A stretch of DNA of 64,000 nucleotides from a plasmid. A program made the translations under genes and the position numbers. Location of the stretch: the sequence record NZ_CP031103.1. One strand, written 5' to 3'. Of this stretch, positions 1 through 8,586 are shown in pieces. The notes beneath the pieces are model-generated. The model ran no database searches. It was not told the DNA's origin and saw only the letters and a list, made by a program, of their open reading frames with translations. Numbering within the stretch: the first letter of the stretch is position 1; every line of letters starts with the position of its first letter.

Positions 1-79
1 AGCTATGGAAAAACAGCCACCAACATTACCGTTTAACGCCCGCCCTGCTTATGCTGAAGTAACGAACCGGAGATGAGCC

Positions 80-259
80 ATGAACATTGATCGAGTGATC
101 GCGCTGTTTGAAGGCAACGAGATTGAAGCACAAAATTGGATGAGTCAGCCTAACAGGGCCCTGAAATGGAAGACGCCATCAGAGTTGATGGCGTCCGAAG
201 CGGGGACCGATGAGGTTATGAAACTGATCACTCGTCTGGAGCACGGTGTGTACTCCTGA
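80..259 (+). CDS. DUF2384-like (Xre/MbcA/ParS antitoxin C-terminal domain) small protein
   Basis: 59-aa ORF MNIDRVIALFEGNEIEAQNWMSQPNRALKWKTPSELMASEAGTDEVMKLITRLEHGVYS. It fits the DUF2384 toxin-binding domain pattern (A..W...P...P.EL....G...V..L..R.E.GVY). It is not in the ORF track because it is under 60 aa, and an in-frame stop lies just upstream. Confidence 0.4.
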   Translation: MNIDRVIALFEGNEIEAQNWMSQPNRALKWKTPSELMASEAGTDEVMKLITRLEHGVYS

Positions 260-903
260 GCCTCTGCGGGCCTACACGGGGCACTCATCACTGGCCGCAC
301 GGTTGATGAAGTAAGTCCATTCACTTCCTCTGCAGCGCTCCCTTCCATCGTCTCGCCGTCATTGAATATAAGCGACTTCCCCATTACCCAGGCGAACTGG
401 GTACGGCCTCCAGACAGCACCAACAACACCTGCCCATTAACGAGCTGGCTGATGGGCTCAATCACCGCAAAGCCCGTTGAGGTATCCAGTATTTGGGTGT
501 CGATGCCAACGCCGCAGATCTTCTCTGGAGTGAGCCTGCTCTCTACGTAGTCGTTAGCGGGTGATGCGAAGGCCATCAGAGCACCCTCCCCATAGTACGC
601 AGCATCCAGAGTTTATTCTGGCTGTCATCGGGTGTCTTATCGACGAAAAACGTCTGGTTTTGCTCTATCCAGTTGTTGGCGTCTTGCCAGTTGAAGTGCC
701 AGTGAACTTTCGCCAGCTGGCTGATGAAATCGTCAGTGCGCACACACTGAAAACCCTTCGGATTGTTATGTATTGCTGCGACAAATGCGCTATGAATTTC
801 GTATCGGCGGACCATGATCTACGCTCCTTTTCACTGTTTTTATATACAGTATTTTTTATGAAAGTGTAGATCAAGGTGGTTTACAAGATAGGCTGCTCTG
901 TTC

Positions 904-1320
904 TTAATCGATGAAAAGCGCAGGTGAAATTCCAAAGCGCGCTGCCAGCGCTTTGATATGGTCTAATGATAATTTACGCTCGCCTTTAAGCACGCGAGAT
1001 ACCATCGATTTTCCGCCAATCTCCGGTAAGTCGGAGAATGTTAAATCATGTTGGCTTATAAGAGTGCGTAATACCGCAACGCCTGTAGGGATCGCGGCTA
1101 ATCGCGCGTTAAATTCTGCATATTCCGGCGCGGTACTTTCGTATTCTTTAATTTTCGCAGCGACGATCTCAAAGAGTGGGTTGTCTGTATCGTTCGCGTC
1201 GAAAAGATTTTCTACAAATTCCAGCGCGGCGGCGTGCTGTTCTTCGGTATGAATCCCAGCGATGAAAGGCGCAACGGCAAAAAGCGCCGCGCCTGCTTTA
1301 GTGATTTCTGGCATGTTCAT
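904..1320 (-). CDS. higA: HigA antitoxin (XRE-family helix-turn-helix)
   Basis: 138 aa with a C-terminal XRE helix-turn-helix (LPEIGGKSMVSRVLKGERKLSLDHIKALAARFGISPALFI). Its start overlaps the upstream toxin stop in an ATGA arrangement. Confidence 0.8.
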   Translation of the reverse strand: MNMPEITKAGAALFAVAPFIAGIHTEEQHAAALEFVENLFDANDTDNPLFEIVAAKIKEYESTAPEYAEFNARLAAIPTGVAVLRTLISQHDLTFSDLPEIGGKSMVSRVLKGERKLSLDHIKALAARFGISPALFID

Positions 1321-1556
1321 TTTATCTTTCCTTTCTTCGCTTTGGCGTTGAATACGTCATACTCTTTATGAGTAAAAATACCTTTTACGAAAACGATTTG
1401 ATTAACAAAGTCGATTTTCAAAACAGCTCGCCATTCGTTATGACCGATATCGATAATGTAGTGTCTATTCAGATCCTTATGGTTGTCCAACGAGCGGAAA
1501 AATTTTCTTAGGTCTTCCGGCGTTGCGAAAGAGCCCTTTTCTATCGTCTTAGCCAT
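1317..1556 (-). pseudogene. higB: HigB toxin with its 5' end split off by IS1 (first 5 codons remain at 2393..2407)
   Basis: The 79-aa ORF MAKTIEKGSFATPEDLRKFFRSLDNHKDLNRHYIIDIGHNEWRAVLK..THKEYDVF aligns with E. coli HigB from about residue 25. Upstream sequence reads in-frame as ...HLISRKTIREAAEKFPRAAAELIE, which matches the HigB N-terminus MHLITQKALKDAAEKYP. The initiator ATG plus codons H-L-I-S lie across the IS1 at 2393..2407. Confidence 0.7.
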
Positions 1557-1639
1557 TTCGATAAGCTCAGCAGCCGCGCGCGGAAATTTTTCTGCTGCCT
1601 CCCTGATCGTCTTCCTTGAAATTAGGTAATGACTCCAAC

Positions 1640-2143
1640 TTACTGATAGTGTTTTATGTTCAGATAATGCCCGATGACCTTGTCATGCAGCTCCACCGAT
1701 TTTGAGAACGACAGTGACTTCCGTCCCAGCCTTGCCAGATGTTGTCTCAGATTCAGGTTATGTCGCTCAATGCGCTGAGTGTAACGCTTGCTGATAACGT
1801 GCAGCTTTCCCTTCAGGCGTGATTCGTACAGCGGCCAGCCATCCGTCATCCATACCACGACCTCAAAGGCCGACAGCAGGCTCAGAAGACGCTCCAGTGT
1901 GGCCAGAGTGCGTTCACCGAAGACGTGCGCCACAACCGTCCTCCGTATCCTGTCATACGCGTAAAACAGCCAGCGCTGACGTGATTTAGCACCGACGTAG
2001 CCCCACTGTTCGTCCATTTCAGCGCAGACAATCACATCACTGCCCGGTTGTATGCGCGAGGTTACCGACTGCGGCCTGAGTTTTTTAAGTGACGTAAAAC
2101 CGTGTTGAGGCCAACGCCCATAATGCGTGCACTGGCGCGACAT
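1640..2143 (-). CDS. insB: IS1 InsB (transposase C-terminal part, normally made as an InsAB' frameshift fusion)
   Basis: 167 aa. It diverges from copies 2 and 3 at several residues, for example MSRQCTHYG versus MPGNRPHYG. Confidence 0.9.
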   Translation of the reverse strand: MSRQCTHYGRWPQHGFTSLKKLRPQSVTSRIQPGSDVIVCAEMDEQWGYVGAKSRQRWLFYAYDRIRRTVVAHVFGERTLATLERLLSLLSAFEVVVWMTDGWPLYESRLKGKLHVISKRYTQRIERHNLNLRQHLARLGRKSLSFSKSVELHDKVIGHYLNIKHYQ

Positions 2144-2337
2144 CCGACGCCATTCATGGCCATATCAATGATTGTCTGGTGCGTACCGGGCTGAGAGGCG
2201 GTGTAAGTGAACTGTAGTTGCCATGTTTTACGGCAATGAGAGCAGAGATAGCGCTGATGTCCGGCAGTGCTTTTGCCGTTACGCACCACGCCTTCAGTAG
2301 CGGAGCAGGAAGGACATCTGATGGAAATGGAAGCCAC
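2062..2337 (-). CDS. insA: IS1 InsA
   Basis: 91 aa beginning [40 protein letters not shown]. Confidence 0.9.
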   Translation of the reverse strand: MASISIRCPSCSATEGVVRNGKSTAGHQRYLCSHCRKTWQLQFTYTASQPGTHQTIIDMAMNGVGCRASARIMGVGLNTVLRHLKNSGRSR

Positions 2338-2407
2338 GCAAGCACCTTAAAATCACCATCATACACTAAATCAGTAAGTTGGCAGCATTACCTGAAATTA
2401 AGTGCAT

Positions 2408-2460
2408 TTCGAGCGCTCTGTGTTGTCTGTATGTCAACAGAATATCTTTTTGTTGCCTAA
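2408..2460 (-). promoter_or_regulatory. Putative native higBA promoter, now separated from most of higB by IS1
   Basis: On the minus strand: TTGACC, 17 bp, TATTCT, then about 25 bp to the higB ATG at 2407. Confidence 0.4.
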
Positions 2461-2461
2461 T

Positions 2462-2710
2462 GGTCAACTTTATGCGCACAAAAAACCGCCCTTTGTGGGG
2501 GCGGTAGAGCTCCGGGGAAAGTTCGGCTGCGACCCTCTCGCACCAGGACGCAGGTACCAGCGGATTTTCTGTCGCCTTGCTGCGAACGGTATAGTAATAC
2601 TCATCCATAGGGGCGTGCTGCGTGTCGTAGAAATAGCCCTCGTTCAGGTACGCTTCGGACACCATCAGCAGGCGGTTGTCCTCTTCAGTGAGGCCCCCCA
2701 GCAGCGCCTT
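2462..2710 (-). pseudogene. Orphan C-terminal gene fragment, truncated upstream by the partial IS3-family element
   Basis: Good codon usage for ...LLGGLTEEDNRLLMVSEAYLNEGYFYDTQHAPMDEYYYTVRSKATENPLVPASWCERVAAELSPELYRP. There is no stop codon before a strong hairpin plus T-run at 2485-2515. Confidence 0.3.
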
Positions 2711-3352
2711 CAACGCCGAATCGGGTATCCGACCTGAGCCTTTATCCCGACACGTTTCATCAGTCGCCAGACTCTGTTGACTCCGCACTGTTGCCCGCTG
2801 TCCCGCAGATCCAGATGGATCTTGCGATAACCATAGACGCATCCCGATTCCAGCCAGAACTGTTTAATCTGTCCTGTCAGTCTCAGGTCTGCCCGATGGC
2901 GTTGTGAATGCGGCTGCTGAAGCCATGCGTAAAAGCCACTGGGATGAACATCCAGCACCCGACAGAGCAGGCGAACAGGCCAGCAACGGGCGTTGTCACG
3001 GATAAAGGCGTACCTCAGTCGGACAGTTTTGCGAAGTACGCCGCGGCTTTTTTTAATATGTCCCGTTCGTCAGTAACCCGCTTCAGCTCTTTCTGGAGAC
3101 GGCGGATCTCGGCCTGAGCATCTGACTGTTCTTTATGAGTGGAGGAATCCGGACCGTACTTCTTTATCCAGGCGTAAAGGCTGTGGGTGGTGATATCGAG
3201 ACGTGTTGCAACGCTGGAAACAGAATAACCACGATCAACAACCTGTTTGACTGCTTCAGTTTTAAACTCTTCGGGATAACGCTTACCGCTCATGGGCACC
3301 TCTCTTTAAGCCATCTTAAATGACTCTGAGGTGTCTGTTAAACCCGTGGCGA
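2710..3352 (-). mobile_element. Truncated IS3-family element (intact orfA, only the first ~82 codons of orfB)
   Basis: The left end TGAATCGCCACGGGTTTAACAGACACC... sits at about 3352. OrfA is 94 aa. OrfB starts MLDVHPSGFYAWLQQPHSQRHRADLRLTGQIKQF... and stops abruptly at about 2710. Confidence 0.7.
3015..3299 (-). CDS. IS3-family OrfA (helix-turn-helix transposase subunit)
   Basis: MPMSGKRYPEEFKTEAVKQVVDRGYSVSSVATRLDITTHSLYAWIKKY...ILKKAAAYFAKLSD, a typical IS3 OrfA with a leucine-zipper C-terminus. Confidence 0.8.
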   Translation of the reverse strand: MPMSGKRYPEEFKTEAVKQVVDRGYSVSSVATRLDITTHSLYAWIKKYGPDSSTHKEQSDAQAEIRRLQKELKRVTDERDILKKAAAYFAKLSD

Positions 3353-3421
3353 TTCATTTTTCCCAGTGATGCCAAACACTGGTCCCCTGAGAACTATGTA
3401 TGTCTATCAGCTGGAGGTCAT

Positions 3422-3742
3422 ATGTCTTTACGTGGTACTGGAGAGTTTGTCCGTGACAGCATAATGGCTAATCGTCTGGCATTTAATGCACATAAAGAGC
3501 TTTATCATTTTCTTATGGCCGCTAATCAGTACGGCTTAAAAGCTATTGTAGATGAAACGACAACTTTGCTAATGGAAAGGGGTTATGACTATTTGTCTGC
3601 GATCAACATGTCGGTCTCGCGGGCAAATTATTTATTTGAACTAGCAAAAGGCGAACAGAGGATTTATCAGGAGGTTAGAGGCCGCCTGGATAATTCTGGT
3701 GGTTTTCCCAGCGACGCCCCTTCACCAGATTGGCCAATATAG
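3422..3742 (+). CDS. Hypothetical protein
   Basis: GGAGG ribosome-binding site then ATG at 3422. The 106-aa product begins MSLRGTGEFVRDSIMANRLAFNAHKELYHF. It converges on a bidirectional terminator. Confidence 0.45.
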   Translation: MSLRGTGEFVRDSIMANRLAFNAHKELYHFLMAANQYGLKAIVDETTTLLMERGYDYLSAINMSVSRANYLFELAKGEQRIYQEVRGRLDNSGGFPSDAPSPDWPI

Positions 3743-3753
3743 CATCCAGATGT

Positions 3754-3779
3754 AGCCCCGCTTGGACGGGGCTTTCGTT
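3754..3779. terminator. Bidirectional intrinsic terminator between convergent genes
   Basis: agccccgcttggacggggct hairpin with T-rich flanks. Confidence 0.6.
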
Positions 3780-3780
3780 A

Positions 3781-4086
3781 TTACTTCCGAGTATTCCAAT
3801 CATTAACTACTGATTGCATTGCCTTTTCATACTCTGAAAGCGCTTCCGCCTCTGTTCGCATCAAAGATGCCGTTTCGTGATATTCTCCTTTCATTGATGC
3901 CCCACAGCAACACTCGATCCAAAACACTGCAGTGCTGGTGATATTGCTGAGTTCCAAGTTATCTTTTTCCCCGCAAAAAGGGCATGGCTTGAGGGTGTGA
4001 CCATAATGTGAACCGTCATCCGAATAGCTCCCGCTATAGTCACCGGGAAGGCCATAAATTTGAATTTTTTCAGCACTGCCACACAT
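3781..4086 (-). CDS. Lar-family restriction alleviation protein-like
   Basis: LKPCPFCG plus a downstream Cys cluster (WIECCCGA), as in Lar. AGGAGAA ribosome-binding site before the ATG. Confidence 0.5.
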   Translation of the reverse strand: MCGSAEKIQIYGLPGDYSGSYSDDGSHYGHTLKPCPFCGEKDNLELSNITSTAVFWIECCCGASMKGEYHETASLMRTEAEALSEYEKAMQSVVNDWNTRK

Positions 4087-4289
4087 TATTATGTTCTCCT
4101 ATCGCTGTGTTACTTCAACCAACCTGTCTGCCAAAATTTTACAGAGCGCGGACTCAATTTTTTCTCTAGCCCGTCCTGCCAACAATACAATCTTAATGTA
4201 TTCAGTGCAGTATTAATTGCGATCCATGCCAGTCGCTGGGAAGAATCTTAGTCACAACACTAAAAAACGAGCAGGAACGTTTAAATAGG

Positions 4290-4430
4290 GTTTACTCAAA
4301 AACTCAAATGAGTAAAAACACATTTATTCATTTACACATTCATTGTGATGCGATAAGGTTGGCACTCAAAAACTCATAACAGTAAATACTCATTTACTCA
4401 TGAGAGTAAATGTAATGAAAAATGAGGCGC
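4290..4430. repeat. Partition-site (parC/parH-like) repeats upstream of parF
   Basis: Multiple ACTCA(A/T)TTAC and GTAAATGAGT motifs in direct and inverted orientation. Similar repeats recur at 5055-5100 and 5341-5390. Confidence 0.6.
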
Positions 4431-4433
4431 TAA

Positions 4434-5051
4434 ATGAAAGTTATCTCTTTTCTGAATCCTAAGGGCGGAAGCGGTAAAACTACCGTGACAATCAACGTTA
4501 GTACCAGCATTGCAAAAAAACATCGCGTAGCAGTTGTCGACACAGATCCACAGCAAAGCCTGGCTAACTGGAACAAAGCAGAAAAAGCAAACTTCGATGT
4601 TTTTACTGCAGCATCTGAGAAAGATGTCTATACCATCAGAAAAGAACTGGCGGACTATGACTATGTCATCATCGATGGTGCTGGCGCTCTTTCTGTTATA
4701 ACTGCAGCTGCTGTGATGGTTAGTGACTTGGTCATCATTCCGGTTACGCCGTCACCTCTTGATTTTTCTGCCTCGGGTGCAGTTATCAGTGTTCTTGAAG
4801 CACAGTCGTATAACAGACCGGTAGAATGCCGTTTCCTTATTACTCGCAAAATCGAGCAAGCAACAATGCTCACTGTGTTACGGGAAAGTATCGCTGCAAC
4901 AGGTATCGCTTCCTTAAAGACTGCAATCACGCAGCGGCAGAGCTACGTTAAATCTGTGCTTGATGGCGAAACTGTATTTGATACCAACGATGGTGCAGCG
5001 AAAGGCGAGATAGAAGTTCTGGCAGGTGAAATCCTCAAGTTAGTTGATTAA
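4434..5051 (+). CDS. parF: ParF-type (type Ib ParA) partition ATPase
   Basis: MKVISFLNPKGGSGKTT deviant Walker A. 205 aa, close to ParF of TP228. Confidence 0.9.
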   Translation: MKVISFLNPKGGSGKTTVTINVSTSIAKKHRVAVVDTDPQQSLANWNKAEKANFDVFTAASEKDVYTIRKELADYDYVIIDGAGALSVITAAAVMVSDLVIIPVTPSPLDFSASGAVISVLEAQSYNRPVECRFLITRKIEQATMLTVLRESIAATGIASLKTAITQRQSYVKSVLDGETVFDTNDGAAKGEIEVLAGEILKLVD

Positions 5052-5103
5052 ATACACATTTACACATAAACTCAAATGAGTAAATGTGTATTGGAGTAAT
5101 TCG

Positions 5104-5343
5104 ATGAGTTTAATAAAGCAGAATCGCAATCAGCCACCACCTGCAAAGGTGATGACTTTCGGTGAAAACAGAGACTTAAATAAAGTCATTTCGACAGCTC
5201 CCGCGGCTGTACAAAAGCGTGTGAACTTCAACATGCCAGAAGATAAACATCAAAGACTGAAAGCCGCATGTGCTCGAAAAGGAGCATCGATTTCTGACGT
5301 GATGAATGACCTTGTCGATGCATGGCTAAAAGATAATGAGTAA
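5104..5343 (+). CDS. parG: ParG-type ribbon-helix-helix centromere-binding protein
   Basis: MTFGENRDL...KRVNFNMPEDKHQRLKAACARKGASISDVMNDLVDAWLKDNE resembles ParG. GGAG ribosome-binding site before the ATG at 5104. Confidence 0.85.
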   Translation: MSLIKQNRNQPPPAKVMTFGENRDLNKVISTAPAAVQKRVNFNMPEDKHQRLKAACARKGASISDVMNDLVDAWLKDNE

Positions 5344-5612
5344 ATGAGATTTTACTCCTAAACTCATTTACTCAAATGTTCATCGGGCTATTTGTCTACG
5401 CTTATCTAAATTGGGTTATGGTCAATGTTAGTTAACAAACCAAGAACTACGAGTCCGGTTCGAAGGATACAATCGTAGTGCTCGCCACAGCCTGTGACCG
5501 GGTTTGCCCGCGAACAGGCGAGGAAGCGCAATTGCTTAAGGATCTAAGGTAGCACTTACGCTCGAAACACGACCTTGCATATGCTTCTGTAGCATCATGA
5601 TTACTATCAATT

Positions 5613-5621
5613 TTATCCACA
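5613..5621 (+). promoter_or_regulatory. DnaA box (TTATCCACA) in the replicon origin region
   Basis: Exact consensus 9-mer. It is followed by an AT-rich tract at 5640-5730. Confidence 0.5.
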
Positions 5622-5730
5622 TATCCAACGGATAGATCAATTATTCAGATCAATATATAGATCATGTAAGTACAAAAGAGATCACCCTTTCTATAAGCAT
5701 ATGATCCATAATTAAAAAAATAGGATCCTG

Positions 5731-5836
5731 ACGGTTACTTTCATAAGAAAAGCGGTTACTTTCATGACCGTAGCGTTTACTTTCATAACTGAGGCGGTTA
5801 TTTTCATAACCTAGATGCGGTTACTATCATAATCAT
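5731..5836 (+). repeat. Iterons: five direct ~21-bp repeats (g)CGGTTACTTTCATAA upstream of repA
   Basis: Repeats start near 5733, 5754, 5776, 5797 and 5820 with 21-22 bp spacing. Confidence 0.8.
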
Positions 5837-5865
5837 GGCTGCTTTTACTCACTGGATGTGGATAA

Positions 5866-6738
5866 ATGGAAAATTCTGAAGCGCAGCAAAGTCCTTTTGC
5901 TATCAACAAGAAAGATTCTGGAGAAAGTTATGAACTGACTCCGAACAGTAATAAGACAGTTCAGCCTGTAGCTCTGTTACGTCTTAGCGTGTTTACTCCT
6001 GTGTCGCCAAAGGAAAAGGGAAAACGCGATTTTCTGATTGATGCTTCTGAAGAACTATCCAGCCTGGAGGTGGCTCGACAGGAAGGCTATACCAACATCA
6101 AAATTCAGGGCGCAAAGCTCGGCATGTCAACTGACTTTAAAACCTGGATTGGCATCATTTCTGCTTTCTCCAAGTACGGATATACTGCGGATAAAATTTG
6201 TCTGCCGTTCTCTGAGTTTGCGAGGATGTGCGGCCTCCGGCCAACAGACATCAATGGGCGTGCCCGTAACCGGTTAAGTGAGGCGCTGTTTAATCTGTCC
6301 AGCGTTACTCTCTCGTTTCGTAGCCAGGATGGAAAGCGCAGCCTCGTTACCCACCTTGTGCAGCGTGCCCAGCTGGACATGGATACTAATATGGTCGAAT
6401 TAGTCGGTGACCCAAGCCTCTGGGAATTATATCGCTACGATCATAAGGTTCTGCTTGGTCTGAAAGCACTCTCGGCACTCTCACGTAAGGAGTCTGCTCA
6501 ATCTCTCTATGTCTATTTCGAAAGCATGCCAGCAGGTACGCTGTACGTCTCTATGAAGCGTCTACGTGAAAGGCTTGCTATGGAATCTCAGGTTAAAGAC
6601 CAGAATTCAACCATACGACGTGCGATGAAGGATCTGAAGGGCATTGGTTATCTTGATTACAACGAAACCAAAAAAGGTCGGGAAATCATGTTCATTGTTC
6701 ATAACCGCTCGCCGCGACTCGCGTTGACCGTCGCGTGA
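5866..6738 (+). CDS. repA: Iteron-binding replication initiator RepA (RepFIB-like)
   Basis: 290 aa, flanked on both sides by iterons, with a DnaA box and AT-rich region upstream. Confidence 0.8.
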   Translation: MENSEAQQSPFAINKKDSGESYELTPNSNKTVQPVALLRLSVFTPVSPKEKGKRDFLIDASEELSSLEVARQEGYTNIKIQGAKLGMSTDFKTWIGIISAFSKYGYTADKICLPFSEFARMCGLRPTDINGRARNRLSEALFNLSSVTLSFRSQDGKRSLVTHLVQRAQLDMDTNMVELVGDPSLWELYRYDHKVLLGLKALSALSRKESAQSLYVYFESMPAGTLYVSMKRLRERLAMESQVKDQNSTIRRAMKDLKGIGYLDYNETKKGREIMFIVHNRSPRLALTVA

Positions 6739-6739
6739 A

Positions 6740-6960
6740 GGCGGTCACATTCATAACAATGACGCTACAAGGCGGTCATATTCATAATATTCCAATTAAA
6801 AGCGGTCGTTTTCATAAGTGCAGTCTATTCTGAGGGCTTTACGCCGGTCAGATGAGCCGAGTTTTATGAACGCAGCGATACCTTATCTATGATCATGTTA
6901 TGAAAGTAACCGCCAGTTATGAATGCTCCCGCCCATTTATGATAGTGACCGCTTTCCGTT
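6740..6960. repeat. Downstream iterons (direct, plus inverted copies at 6895-6960)
   Basis: GGCGGTCACATTCATAAC, GGCGGTCATATTCATAAT and AGCGGTCGTTTTCATAAG, then inverted TTATGAAAGTAACCGCC and TTATGATAGTGACCGC. Confidence 0.7.
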
Positions 6961-6995
6961 GGATGTTAGTTAAGCCATTTTTAACGTGAACAAGG

Positions 6996-7763
6996 CTAAC
7001 GATTGCCGCGCAGGAGCTGCAGCGCATCCTGAGTATCGAGTGAGAACCGGACCTGCTGACTGGCGGCCACATCGAGCGCAAAAATTTTCGTATACACCTC
7101 AGTCGACTCAAACTTCTCGTGCCCCATCAGGCCCTGGAGAACCTTGGGATGAACATGGCCATATAACAGGTGCATCGCGAAGCTGTGTCTGAACGTGTGC
7201 GGGCTGACCGGAATACTGAATCTCACCCCGTCCCGTTCTGCTGCCTCGACGGCACGCTCAAGCCAGTTGCGCACCGTGCGGTCGGTAACGCCCCAGACCG
7301 GCATGGCCCGGCGTTCACCTGTTAGCTTGTCGTCCTCGAATCTTTCCCGCGTGCTCGCAAACAGCCGACGCATTTCATCCACGTATCCGGGATCTGACAG
7401 CGGGATCACCCGGTTCGCACTTTTTCCCTTTTTCGGGCGACCGCCAGCTGTGCGGCGTTGTTTAGCCGTACGGACCACCACGTGCGGGATCTCATCATTG
7501 AGGTGAAAGTCCCTTCTTCTGAGTGCCAGTGCTTCGTTGAGGCGTGCGCCGGTGTTCCACAGCGTGTTAATGAACGCGTGCTGGTTCCAGTCAGGAAGGT
7601 AATGCAGCAGGCCAGCCACTTCCGGCGCCAGAAGGTACTTCGGCATCTCGGTATAGTGCTTGGCCATTTCCCGTAGCGACAGTGCCCGTCCGTAGTCAAA
7701 CGGTGCAGAAGTGGCAGTCACCTGCAGGGCAGGGGAGTGATGAACAAAAGCGGGCAGATTCAT
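6996..7763 (-). CDS. Tyrosine site-specific recombinase (plasmid multimer-resolution or integrase type)
   Basis: The C-terminal catalytic region HTFRHSFAMHLL...GH...TEVY carries the tyrosine-recombinase R..HxxR..Y signature. Confidence 0.8.
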   Translation of the reverse strand: MNLPAFVHHSPALQVTATSAPFDYGRALSLREMAKHYTEMPKYLLAPEVAGLLHYLPDWNQHAFINTLWNTGARLNEALALRRRDFHLNDEIPHVVVRTAKQRRTAGGRPKKGKSANRVIPLSDPGYVDEMRRLFASTRERFEDDKLTGERRAMPVWGVTDRTVRNWLERAVEAAERDGVRFSIPVSPHTFRHSFAMHLLYGHVHPKVLQGLMGHEKFESTEVYTKIFALDVAASQQVRFSLDTQDALQLLRGNR

Positions 7764-8323
7764 AACGCTCCTGGCGATAAGGATGCGCTACGCAAAATCT
7801 GGCCCGATAACCCCCGTTAACCGTGTCATTTTTCACGTAGCGCAATCTGGTGAAGTTCTGGTGCCATTTTCGCCGCCGCCGGCGTCGGAAACCACGGAAA
7901 AAACCCGCAGAGCCGGGATCTCACATTTTCCTGTTTCTGGAAATATACCATAAAAAGGAAAGAGAAAGTCTGGCAGGACGATCTGAAAAGGATCCAAAAA
8001 GGATCCTTTTGCCCTGGATGATGTGGTGATTGGGTGGTGGAAAGGGCCATATGATGTGTTCTGTGACAAAATACCCCCGGTGAGGCAGTGCTTCCTGAAA
8101 ATACAGAAAGCGGAAAGGGGGCAGGAAGGAGACGCTATTGCAAAGCCGTCGCGAACCAGTCTGAGCTTACACCGACGTTCGGGGACGCTCTGTTATACGG
8201 GCGGAAGCAGGTAAAGTGGAAGGGAATGGAAGCGATTAATATTTATGTATGAACGCCGGATGTGAATTCTGTACTAAGATCATGATAAAACCAGCCCGTG
8301 GTGTTTTATCCGCCTGAGGATAA

Positions 8324-8586
8324 TTGATGAGAGCAATTATTGCTGTTGTCTGCCTGACATCCGTTTCATGTACATCGCCTTATCCGAGTGCCATTCCGGA
8401 GCCGGTTTTCCACGGCTCAATAAGTTGCGATCCGAAGAAAAATAAATCTGAATGTATAAATGAGGGTAAAAGCGAATATGAGAAGGCTGCAAATTACGTC
8501 AAAATTTACGAAATGCAGTTAGGGGAGAAAGAACAGCAACTGGCAACTCAAAAGTATGCATTAAGCGATACCAGTGCTACAGGTGC
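8324..8586 (+). pseudogene. Lipoprotein gene interrupted at its 3' end by IS1 copy 2
   Basis: Signal peptide with lipobox LTSVSC. The ORF runs into the IS1 terminus at 8587. Confidence 0.5.

Larger units (their letters stand above)
1625..2392 (-). mobile_element. IS1 copy 1 (768 bp, variant isoform) flanked by an 8-bp target duplication tgaaatta
   Basis: Ends are GGTAATGACTCCAACTTACTGATAG and GGCAGCATTACC. insA and insB lie inside. The direct repeat tgaaatta is at 1617-1624 and 2393-2400. Confidence 0.9.

Noticed and set aside
145-576. 143-aa minus-strand ORF overlapping the DUF2384-like ORF
   Set aside because: I could not assign motifs. It overlaps a better-supported small ORF, and both strands are open here. 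It is kept only as a finding and not called as a gene.
561-874. Overlapping ORFs 561..869 (+), 576..815 (-) and 665..874 (-)
   Set aside because: Mutually exclusive short ORFs without ribosome-binding sites. The 79-aa minus-strand one looks the most protein-like, but I could not support it beyond that.
7826-8214. Three short ORFs (74, 78 and 63 aa) upstream of the recombinase
   Set aside because: No ribosome-binding sites, and they overlap each other. The region more likely holds regulatory or recombination sites.
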